Source: a virus (taxonomy: Duplodnaviria; Heunggongvirae; Uroviricota; Caudoviricetes). From it: a DNA stretch of 64,000 bases. The DNA is taken from positions 1-64,000 of the IMG/VR virus record IMGVR_UViG_3300014039_000029; one strand, given 5' to 3'. Positions 35,708 to 43,834 of this stretch are shown here, piece after piece. A program made the position numbers and the translations under genes. Position 1 is the stretch's first letter. Each line of letters starts with the position of its first letter. The notes beneath the pieces were generated by a model, which saw nothing but the letters and a program-made list of their open reading frames with translations, was not told where the DNA came from and made no database searches.

Positions 35708-38501
35708 AGAAGACGATAAGTTAGGTACCAAGGTTCCGCTCATCAAGACCGCCGACCTCAACGACAAGTCTGTCACTACAGAAAAACTTGCCGAAGGCTC
35801 CGTTGTCAACTCCAAGTTGGCTCCAGAGTCGGTTACGAAGGATAAGTTCGACAAAGAATTGCTCCAAATCTTCGAGGCTGCTGCTGGTCTTCCTGCAAAT
35901 CTTATAGAGACGATTCAAAATGTAGATACCACGCTTATTGATCATCAGCGGCAAATCTCAGCCAACGATGATGATATTTCCGACCTACAGGTTAAGACCA
36001 AGCAAATCAAAGACACCGTTGATGGCATAGCCGTCAGTGGAGGAGCATCCGTAGGCTCGGCTGTCACTTACGACAATACCCAGAGCGGATTGGATGCCCA
36101 GAATATCCAGAATGCTATTGACGAGTTGGTTAACAACCTTGGTCATTACGAGACCAACGAGGAGTGGCTACGTGCCTACACCGATGCCGAAGGTAAGTTT
36201 CTTTGGGGCATCCGTGTGGATGGTAGCATCGACTGGTCTGTTGGCATCCCTCGCCCTATCCAAAAGAAGATAGAGGAACTTATCGCCACCGATACCGCCA
36301 TTCAAGAGTCCATAGCCCAGCTTCGCACAGAGTTGACGGAATCCTTGAACAGCAACATCCAGTCGCTCAAAGACAACGAGATTAAGAATCTCCAAGACAC
36401 CAAGGTTGACAAGGAGGAAGGCAAGTCCCTCATTGAAGACGAGGTGAAGGAGTGTTTCAAGGTAATAGAGAACGAAGAGTTCATCTATGGCATCACAGAC
36501 AGTGAGGATAGATTGCTTTTTTGTATCTATAGAGAGACAGGCAAGCCATACTTCCCTCTCAATGAAATGTACCACGTAGAGCAGAACGAGGAGTTCTTTG
36601 CTGTCTGGCTTGATGCAGCAGACCATGTATTACTTGGTATCAGAAGAGACGGAGAAATCATTGGTGAGATTCATGCAGTCAATGCCTTGAAGCAAGTTGT
36701 CTCTCAGCTTCAATCAGACCTTGCAACCTTGCAGGAGAAGGTAGGTACAATAGACACAAGCCTTCAAGACCTTCTTTCCGTCTTCTCCTTGCAAGGGAAT
36801 GAGGAGTACCTTGCAGTAGAGACTGATGCAGACGGCAAGGTGCTGTCTTCCACAAATCCAGATGGTAGCCACTATATCCACAAGGTTAAGTCTGAGACTA
36901 TCCCAACAGAGTTTGAGCACATCGAAGACCCAGAGGGAAGAATGGAAATCACTACTGATGCAGATGGCAAGGTGATAGGCTACAGAGACTCGGAAGGTAC
37001 TCGTTATGAGCACAAACAAAATATCAAAAATCTATCCGTCAATCATTTCCAAGAACTTTCGCAAGAAGCCTGCAATGACATCATCAACTCACTTGCTGCC
37101 TACGGGTTGTCTATGGAAAATAAGTTAGATTTCAGCGATTATAAAGATATGTCCCTTGCTATTCCTAGAGGCGTGGCTATTGTAAATGTTATGGCAGATT
37201 CTCTTGCTACATCAAAAACGCAGAACAAAGATGCCATACTGGAATTTTGGGGAAGCGGTATATATTTCCGTAAAAATATCATCCTCAATGCACAAGGGCA
37301 AACATCTATGAATTTTACCAAAAAAAACCAGTCTTTTGACTTTAAGGATGGAACTTCCATTAAATTCGGTGACTGGGTTTCGCAAGATAGTTTCCATTTG
37401 AAAGCCAATGCTGATGATGTGTTCTGTGGTATCAACAATGTTGTATATAAATATGCTGACTATGTGGTAGGCAAGACTGATACAAGGTCAAATAGAGTCC
37501 TTCGCTCCACCACAACAACATATAAAATGGCTAGTGGTAAATTTGAGGCAGATTTCGATGATAATGCCAAGTGCATACCTGATGGATTCCCGATTGCTCT
37601 TCATCTTAATGGAGAATTCTATGGAATGTACTCATGGAACATGAAGAAACATCGTGCCAACTACTCCATGGACAAAAAAGACTACACTAGTATTATGATT
37701 GATCCAGATAGTCTGACATCTGAGACATTTTGGAATGGAACTATTGATTGGTCGAAATTTGAACTGAAAAATCCAAAGACTTTGATATGTATGGACGGTT
37801 CAAAATATGATGGTGATAATCCTAAAGAGTTGATTGATTCAACATCAGAAAAATATGATGAATCAAATAAAGACATTAAGAATACTACCATTACAAAATC
37901 AATACTAGTAAATCTTTCCAATGCAATGCCTACTATCAATACCTTATCAAACGATGAGGATAAGAAAGCCAAGTTCAAGGAAATATTCGACTTTGACAAC
38001 CTTGTTGTTTATTTCCTTGTCAGCAATGCCATTGGAAATTATGATGGTCTTTGGGGAAGAAATACTGTGTTTACGATTTATAAAGGAGGAAAGTGTGGTT
38101 TCAATTTCTATGATTGCAATGCTGTTTTCGGTCGTGAGGCAAGAGGGTTTTACAATATAAAACCAGATGAGTTAGAAAAAGCCACTGGCACACCTTTCGC
38201 TATGCTATTTGACTTGTTCAAAGATGAATTATCTGCGAAGTATAAAGACCTAAGAGACAGTGGTCTTATTTCCGCAGACATCATCATCAACTATCTTGAA
38301 AATTGGCTAAATATACTTGGAGTATATTCTATTAAAAAGAATCTGGAAAGATGGAATGATATAGTCTCTTATCGTGATGGAAACCAGACTTACCCATCAT
38401 ATCCACAAGAATATGGCTTTTTCGATTCTACAGAAAGATGCAAAAAATGGCTAGAGCAAAGAATTGCTTTCATGGATAGTACATTCAATTATAATGTTTA
38501 A
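35694..38501 (+). CDS. Tail fibre or receptor-binding protein (935 aa)
   Basis: N-terminal MPTFREDDKLGTKVPLIKTADLNDKSVTTEKLAEGSVVNSKLAPESV-type fibre motif. Central coiled coils and repeated EEF/YLAVETDADGKV blocks. Distinct C-terminal globular domain. Confidence 0.55.
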   Translation: MPTFREDDKLGTKVPLIKTADLNDKSVTTEKLAEGSVVNSKLAPESVTKDKFDKELLQIFEAAAGLPANLIETIQNVDTTLIDHQRQISANDDDISDLQVKTKQIKDTVDGIAVSGGASVGSAVTYDNTQSGLDAQNIQNAIDELVNNLGHYETNEEWLRAYTDAEGKFLWGIRVDGSIDWSVGIPRPIQKKIEELIATDTAIQESIAQLRTELTESLNSNIQSLKDNEIKNLQDTKVDKEEGKSLIEDEVKECFKVIENEEFIYGITDSEDRLLFCIYRETGKPYFPLNEMYHVEQNEEFFAVWLDAADHVLLGIRRDGEIIGEIHAVNALKQVVSQLQSDLATLQEKVGTIDTSLQDLLSVFSLQGNEEYLAVETDADGKVLSSTNPDGSHYIHKVKSETIPTEFEHIEDPEGRMEITTDADGKVIGYRDSEGTRYEHKQNIKNLSVNHFQELSQEACNDIINSLAAYGLSMENKLDFSDYKDMSLAIPRGVAIVNVMADSLATSKTQNKDAILEFWGSGIYFRKNIILNAQGQTSMNFTKKNQSFDFKDGTSIKFGDWVSQDSFHLKANADDVFCGINNVVYKYADYVVGKTDTRSNRVLRSTTTTYKMASGKFEADFDDNAKCIPDGFPIALHLNGEFYGMYSWNMKKHRANYSMDKKDYTSIMIDPDSLTSETFWNGTIDWSKFELKNPKTLICMDGSKYDGDNPKELIDSTSEKYDESNKDIKNTTITKSILVNLSNAMPTINTLSNDEDKKAKFKEIFDFDNLVVYFLVSNAIGNYDGLWGRNTVFTIYKGGKCGFNFYDCNAVFGREARGFYNIKPDELEKATGTPFAMLFDLFKDELSAKYKDLRDSGLISADIIINYLENWLNILGVYSIKKNLERWNDIVSYRDGNQTYPSYPQEYGFFDSTERCKKWLEQRIAFMDSTFNYNV

Positions 38502-38519
38502 TAATAAATTTTATATAAA

Positions 38520-39437
38520 ATGGCACAATGTTTAATAACAAAATTAAAAGGAATTGTCAATGATGACAGCCTTCCTAAGTTAGGAGAATTGATAATTGAA
38601 GTTAACAATGTTTCTTCAAAAAATCTAGAGTTGACATATACTGGTGTAAATATTAGAACTTGTGGAAATATTACTATTTCTAACACTGCATACGATACCG
38701 CTAAGTCGGTAAGTGGTACTGGAAAAATATTTCTTTCAAACGAAGGCAAAGAAAATCAAGTATATGAAATCAAGACTTGGGGAGAAGAAGGGTTTAGCTT
38801 CCCGAACTTAAATAGTTCTTTTCTGAAAGCTTGTTCCATCTTGTATATTTCCAACAAGGGATATGATACCCCATTGGCAAGAAGTAAAAACAGAATAAAT
38901 ATCAGTAATACAAACGTAATTGGAGAATACGCAGATTTTAAAGACTCGGAGATTATTAGCCTCTCTAATAGCACATGGAACGGGGGAGAAGTCTTTGACT
39001 TAGACAAATTACCCAACAACTCTAAGACAACTCTAATAGAGTTGTCTAAAATGAATGTAAAGGGTGATATTTCCAGGCTTAATGCAACTAACTACCCTAA
39101 AGTAACTAGCTTGAAGTTTTGGGGTAACAAAAATGCAGAAGGCTTGCATGGCGATATATCTAAACTTACTCCGAACGGAAGCCTTGTATATCTAACAAGA
39201 AGTTCAGCAGGCTACAGTTGGAGTGATAGACCTTCGAACTATAAAGTTTTAGCTATGTCTAATGCAAACCTCAATGGCGATATAGATAAAATGCTAATTA
39301 ATCAAGCCTCTTTGGAGGTGGGCAGCTCTTATGAGTATAAGAATATAGGTGTTATCGGTACTCGTACATCAGCATCTGATGCCGCAGTAGCTACATTACA
39401 AGATAAGGGATTTACAATTATTGTTACTCCTGCATAA
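38520..39437 (+). CDS. Beta-solenoid or LRR-like repeat protein (tail-associated candidate)
   Basis: Repeated N(V/L)xGDIS/GDID segments (NVKGDISRLN, LHGDISKLT, NLNGDIDKML). Confidence 0.4.
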   Translation: MAQCLITKLKGIVNDDSLPKLGELIIEVNNVSSKNLELTYTGVNIRTCGNITISNTAYDTAKSVSGTGKIFLSNEGKENQVYEIKTWGEEGFSFPNLNSSFLKACSILYISNKGYDTPLARSKNRINISNTNVIGEYADFKDSEIISLSNSTWNGGEVFDLDKLPNNSKTTLIELSKMNVKGDISRLNATNYPKVTSLKFWGNKNAEGLHGDISKLTPNGSLVYLTRSSAGYSWSDRPSNYKVLAMSNANLNGDIDKMLINQASLEVGSSYEYKNIGVIGTRTSASDAAVATLQDKGFTIIVTPA

Positions 39438-39477
39438 AGTATTAAAAATTTAACATCAAAAAGAAAGGAAACAAGAT

Positions 39478-39687
39478 ATGAACAAGTTGACAAAACCATT
39501 CAAGGTAGTCCACGAGGGAAACAAGATGATTTTTCCTCTGACGGAGCAAGGTGACAACGCTGAGGTATTCCCAGCCAACACAGCCACCGCAGTAGAGTTT
39601 GACACATACGCAGAAGCCAAGGCTTACGTGGATGAGCATGGCTTGGTGTATGAGGAACCGAGTTTTGACGGTCAGCAGGTCCGCTAA
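39478..39687 (+). CDS. Hypothetical small protein
   Basis: 69 aa. Confidence 0.4.
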   Translation: MNKLTKPFKVVHEGNKMIFPLTEQGDNAEVFPANTATAVEFDTYAEAKAYVDEHGLVYEEPSFDGQQVR

Positions 39688-39713
39688 GTAGCTGACTTCA
39701 CACATAATAAAAT

Positions 39714-39751
39714 AAGGTGTAACTCCACATGGGGCTACACCTTATTTTTTT
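39714..39751. terminator. Bidirectional rho-independent terminator
   Basis: AAGGTGTA-N14-TACACCTT stem followed by ATTTTTTT. Separates the + tail block from the minus island. Confidence 0.6.
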
Positions 39752-39780
39752 CACCTTTATGCAATACTAACTAGAGCAAA

Positions 39781-40161
39781 TTAACCTATCATGGTACCGC
39801 TTGCTTGCATCAACCCACCCATCAAATAGCAAGCCTCCTCACCATACATATCTATCAAATCATATTCCGCTATATGCTGAACCACATGCAGCATTTCGTG
39901 GCTGAGACTGTTGGCATACTCCCCAGCCGAAGTAGTCCACCCGATAGCCACAACCGATTTTCGCAAAGAAACATTCGAATAAGTCAAGCCCTTGTTAGCC
40001 TCACCTCTGAGCACGAGATTAGAGGCATCTTCGAGAGGAACACCCTTGCATCCCAAATCCCGAAGACACCTTCTAACATACATGGCATCCCTAGACCTTA
40101 CATCATAAAGCACATGCACCGTCCAGTCATACCTCTCCAGATAAATCTCCTGCTCAGTCAA
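39781..40161 (-). CDS. Small HExxH zinc-metallopeptidase-like protein (ImmA/IrrE- or SprT-like mini-zincin)
   Basis: SLSHEMLHVVQHI, with a Glu pair about 18 aa downstream (GEE). Confidence 0.5.
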   Translation of the reverse strand: MTEQEIYLERYDWTVHVLYDVRSRDAMYVRRCLRDLGCKGVPLEDASNLVLRGEANKGLTYSNVSLRKSVVAIGWTTSAGEYANSLSHEMLHVVQHIAEYDLIDMYGEEACYLMGGLMQASGTMIG

Positions 40162-40187
40162 AATTCTTAATTATTAATTCTTAATTA

Positions 40188-40610
40188 TCACAAGATTTCC
40201 TCCCATGGAATGCCCACACCATTCAGCGAGCAATCCGCATAGAAGCGGTTGAAGATGAAGCCATCTTGTTGATCTTCATCATCCACATAGTCTTTTACAA
40301 ACTGAGCTAGCGTTTTCTCGTCCATGATAGAAGAAGCGTAGAAATCAGCAAGAGCCATGTGGTACACATACACGAAATCCCAACCGGTGTTGTTCTCCAG
40401 TTCGATACTCTCCTTCTTCAATAGCTCCTCAATATCCTCACGCTTCATCACACGGATAGACTTCCCATTCTTCCGCATCTGCTTCACCGCCCACTCGCAC
40501 ATCTTCTTATTGAAGTGCCAGCCATTGTGCCTCAGATAAGCTTTCATCTCCTCTGGCTGATAATCGTAGGCATTCAAAGGTATTCTTTGTTTTCTCATAA
40601 TAGTAATCAA
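40188..40610 (-). CDS. Hypothetical protein
   Basis: 140-aa ORF. Confidence 0.45.
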   Translation of the reverse strand: MITIMRKQRIPLNAYDYQPEEMKAYLRHNGWHFNKKMCEWAVKQMRKNGKSIRVMKREDIEELLKKESIELENNTGWDFVYVYHMALADFYASSIMDEKTLAQFVKDYVDDEDQQDGFIFNRFYADCSLNGVGIPWEEIL

Positions 40611-40662
40611 TTAAAAGAAAGGTTTGGTAGCGAAAACGATTTCGTCACCAAACCCCACTTAG

Positions 40663-40938
40663 TTAATACTCCTCGCCGTAGCCTCGGTAGTCACGTCCCA
40701 TGCGCTCACGCTCCTCACGATGGTGCATGTCCTCGTAGCCCTCATGCTCTCGCATACCGTGTCTGCCTCCACCGTAACCTCGGTAGTCGGGCATACGGTT
40801 CCGCTCGCCGTATCGGTCTTCCTTCTCATGTTTCATCTTGTCAAGGCAAGTCATAGCCTTGCCACCGAAGCGAAGCATACTCTCGATGTTCTCGTACAAG
40901 TCATCAAACTTGTCTTCCGTAATCTCAATCATAACCAT
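40663..40938 (-). CDS. Hypothetical low-complexity RGYG/His/Glu-rich protein
   Basis: DYRGYGGGRHGMREHEGYEDMHHREERERMGRDYRGYGEEY. Confidence 0.4.
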   Translation of the reverse strand: MVMIEITEDKFDDLYENIESMLRFGGKAMTCLDKMKHEKEDRYGERNRMPDYRGYGGGRHGMREHEGYEDMHHREERERMGRDYRGYGEEY

Positions 40939-40976
40939 AATTCAAAGATTCTTTAGTGAATGGATAGAGTAGGAGA

Positions 40977-41477
40977 TTACTTGTTGACCGCCTTTTCGAG
41001 CAAGCCCATCATGCGGTCAAGCTTTCCTTCCATGCCGGAAACCTTGCCCTCCAGCTTCGAAATCTTCTCAGCCTGTTCCTTCTCCTTGGCTATCTGGGGG
41101 TTGAGTTGCAGTAGCATTCCCTCACAAGACTTTACAACTTTCTCATGGTAATCTACGCTCTCCAGTATCGCCCTCGAAGTTCTCAGCATCGCATCAACCT
41201 CCGCACTCATCGCATCCTTGCTTTCACTCACCACAAGGTTCTTATCGTTGGCTATCTGACCGTTGGCAGGGAGCTGTTTGAAGTCCACCTCCTCATCGCC
41301 AATTTTCACTTTCACATCTACCACAGATTCCATAGGCTGCGGCGTGAAGCCATTGTTAAACGATGGATACTTGGTCTGCGGATTGCTTACCGAAACAACC
41401 TGTCCGATTCTCAAAGTCGGGTTCTCGCCTTTATCCAAGACATAGAACAATGAATTTTGTCTCAAACCTGAAAACAT
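40977..41477 (-). CDS. Hypothetical protein with a C-terminal coiled coil
   Basis: 166-aa ORF. Confidence 0.45.
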   Translation of the reverse strand: MFSGLRQNSLFYVLDKGENPTLRIGQVVSVSNPQTKYPSFNNGFTPQPMESVVDVKVKIGDEEVDFKQLPANGQIANDKNLVVSESKDAMSAEVDAMLRTSRAILESVDYHEKVVKSCEGMLLQLNPQIAKEKEQAEKISKLEGKVSGMEGKLDRMMGLLEKAVNK

Positions 41478-41505
41478 AATGTAATCTCCTATCTATTAAA
41501 TCTTG

Positions 41506-41850
41506 TTAAACAATACCCGTCATCAGTTGAAGGGTGTTAGTGTCTCTCTCAAACCAGAACTGTAACACGCCAGTACCAGGAATATCAGCCACCGTAAGAG
41601 CCTCACCATTGTACTTAGTCACAGCCTGAGTTACGCCGTTGGTCTCGAAAAGGATTGGCAGCGTTGTAGTCGTGCCAGTCGGTATCGACTGCATCAAGTT
41701 CACGAAAATCGTTCCCCTGTAGTTCGCATTCACGAAGGCGTGATTTCTGAACGAGAAGACAACATTGTCCGTGTTCACCGTCACGCCTTGTGAAGCGATA
41801 GCCGCCGAGCCTCTACGGTTCACCCATGCGAATGGATTCATCCATACCAT
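41506..41850 (-). CDS. Hypothetical protein
   Basis: 114-aa ORF. Confidence 0.45.
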   Translation of the reverse strand: MVWMNPFAWVNRRGSAAIASQGVTVNTDNVVFSFRNHAFVNANYRGTIFVNLMQSIPTGTTTTLPILFETNGVTQAVTKYNGEALTVADIPGTGVLQFWFERDTNTLQLMTGIV

Positions 41851-41869
41851 AGTAGCCTCCTTTCTTAGT

Positions 41870-42880
41870 TTAACCCCAGAAACCAGCGTTGTTCAAACCA
41901 TTCAAGCCGTAAAGCCCATATTGTGCAGCGATACAATTAGGCACCGCCGTGAAGGGGCTGTAAGGAGTTGTTACGGTCTCTGGCAACTTGCACTTGATAC
42001 CTGCCACCTCACTCTGCAAACCTGCTAGCACTTGGTTAACAGGAGCCAGAGCCTGACCCACAATCTGAGAGGTCATCGCACTAGACTTGAATGTGCTGTT
42101 CTCCTCACGCAAATGGTCGAGCTTGTCTTGCATTTCACGAAGTTCTGCCGCACGTTGACCGTCCACGATGGTCTGAGTGCTGTCCTTGATAGCGTTCTGA
42201 ATGTCGCAAGTCTGTCTCTGAGTCTCGTAAGCCACGCTAGAGAATCCACGTTCCTGACCTACAGCCACGTTGTTGATGGCGTTGTTCAAGGTACCAGTCT
42301 GCTGACACATCGCCAACTTGATGTTACCATCCATTGCCGTGATGTTGTTGTTTACCTTGCAGCAGCAGTCTGCGAGCTGAGAAGCAATCTGCATATTGCC
42401 TTGCTGCAAAGCGTTGATGGTCTGCATACCGCTCATACCTACCTGATTGCCCACGTTCTGAACCTGTGAGGTAAGGTTGCTGATGGCGTTCTGAATCTGA
42501 CCTTCGGTGCAATTCAACTGAGTAGCCAAGTTGCTGATGGCATTGCGATTTCCACCGATGGCATCCATCAAGAGAGAGCGACCATAGTCGTTGTTGATTT
42601 CGTTGGCGATACCAGCTCCACGACCATTGCCGAAGCCGCCCCAACCATTACCGCCCCAACCCATAAGGAAGAAGAGGAAGATAACCCACATGAACCAACC
42701 ACCTTCGCCGCCGAATCCGTTATTACCCTTCATCGCAAGCAAGACGTTTGGGTCAACGCCCTGCTTCTGGAGCAGTGGCGCAAGAAGTCCTAGCATCCCA
42801 TTGTTGCCGCTAGTTCCTTCATTTCCGAAAACATAAGTTTTGCTTTCCATAAAAAATGATAGATTAATCGTTTCGTCCAC
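41870..42880 (-). CDS. Membrane protein with a Gly/Trp-rich glycine-zipper TM region and a Q/N-rich C-terminal domain
   Basis: NNGFGGEGGWFMWVIFLFFLMGWGGNGWGGFGNGRGAG, then Q/N-rich NAISNL-type repeats and a Cys cluster CCCK. Confidence 0.5.
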   Translation of the reverse strand: MDETINLSFFMESKTYVFGNEGTSGNNGMLGLLAPLLQKQGVDPNVLLAMKGNNGFGGEGGWFMWVIFLFFLMGWGGNGWGGFGNGRGAGIANEINNDYGRSLLMDAIGGNRNAISNLATQLNCTEGQIQNAISNLTSQVQNVGNQVGMSGMQTINALQQGNMQIASQLADCCCKVNNNITAMDGNIKLAMCQQTGTLNNAINNVAVGQERGFSSVAYETQRQTCDIQNAIKDSTQTIVDGQRAAELREMQDKLDHLREENSTFKSSAMTSQIVGQALAPVNQVLAGLQSEVAGIKCKLPETVTTPYSPFTAVPNCIAAQYGLYGLNGLNNAGFWG

Positions 42881-43114
42881 TATTGAACTTGTTGCAAAGG
42901 TACTCCAAATCCTTGGCGTGACCTAACTATGCTCAAAAATAAATTTGCAAGCAAATGTCTATTGAAAATCAATGATTTACGATGAGTAAGAAACTGCTCA
43001 ATTATTTAGCCTTAGTCTAAATTTATAAGAAACACCGGCATGACCGATACAACTTACCGATATTTTTACTACTTTTGCAAGAAAATAACGCATATATTTA
43101 TTTAATACGGTAAT

Positions 43115-43495
43115 ATGGGATGGGTTAAAACTGCAGAAGAACTTCGCTCTGAAATAATAATGGAGAGGAATGAACAAAAAAATAAAAGAAAGAGAACAAT
43201 AGCTTTAATGTTTTTCTTTTTTATTGCATTGTTTATAGTGTTATGGAATAATACTCCAACACGATTAGGTGAACATGTATTTATAGAGCGTGATTTGAAA
43301 AATCACAAGCAAACGATTCATACAAACAGTTCGTGTTCAAAAATCCGAATTGGATATGTAGTGAACGAAACCAGTTTTTACACTTATACTCCATACCTAG
43401 ATGAGTTCTGTTCAAAATGTTTCTATGAATCGGATGCCATAAAGCTAACTAAAGGCGAGAACAGATTTTCGAATACGAAAGCTTTAGGGCTATAA
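43115..43495 (+). CDS. Hypothetical membrane-anchored protein
   Basis: 126 aa with an N-terminal TM segment. Confidence 0.4.
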   Translation: MGWVKTAEELRSEIIMERNEQKNKRKRTIALMFFFFIALFIVLWNNTPTRLGEHVFIERDLKNHKQTIHTNSSCSKIRIGYVVNETSFYTYTPYLDEFCSKCFYESDAIKLTKGENRFSNTKALGL

Positions 43496-43563
43496 AAAGA
43501 GGTAAGTATTATAATTGCCTTATTTGGCTCTATATAAACTATCAAAAATGGAAAATTTTAAAA

Positions 43564-43788
43564 ATGCGATTTATGTATAAGTACAAATTAAACATTTATG
43601 AAATTGAAGAGAAAGAAACTCTTGCTTTAAACGTGATAGACTTAAAAGATAAAGTTGAGGCTATTTTGAAATCTGATGATGCAAAATCAGATGTTCCTGC
43701 TGTATGCTTTGAAGAAAACGATGACACCCCATTAGCTATAGCTTACAAAAAAGCGAATGGAGAGATTATTTTTTATTATCCAGAGTGA
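43564..43788 (+). CDS. Hypothetical small protein
   Basis: 74 aa. Confidence 0.4.
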   Translation: MRFMYKYKLNIYEIEEKETLALNVIDLKDKVEAILKSDDAKSDVPAVCFEENDDTPLAIAYKKANGEIIFYYPE

Positions 43789-43795
43789 TAAAACA

Positions 43796-43834
43796 AAGGA
43801 GGTGAGCCATTCAAGCCCACCTCCTTTTATTTTA
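43796..43834. terminator. Bidirectional rho-independent terminator
   Basis: AAGGAGGTG-N13-CACCTCCTT stem followed by TTATTTT. Lies between the convergent + small genes and the giant minus-strand gene. Confidence 0.6.
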
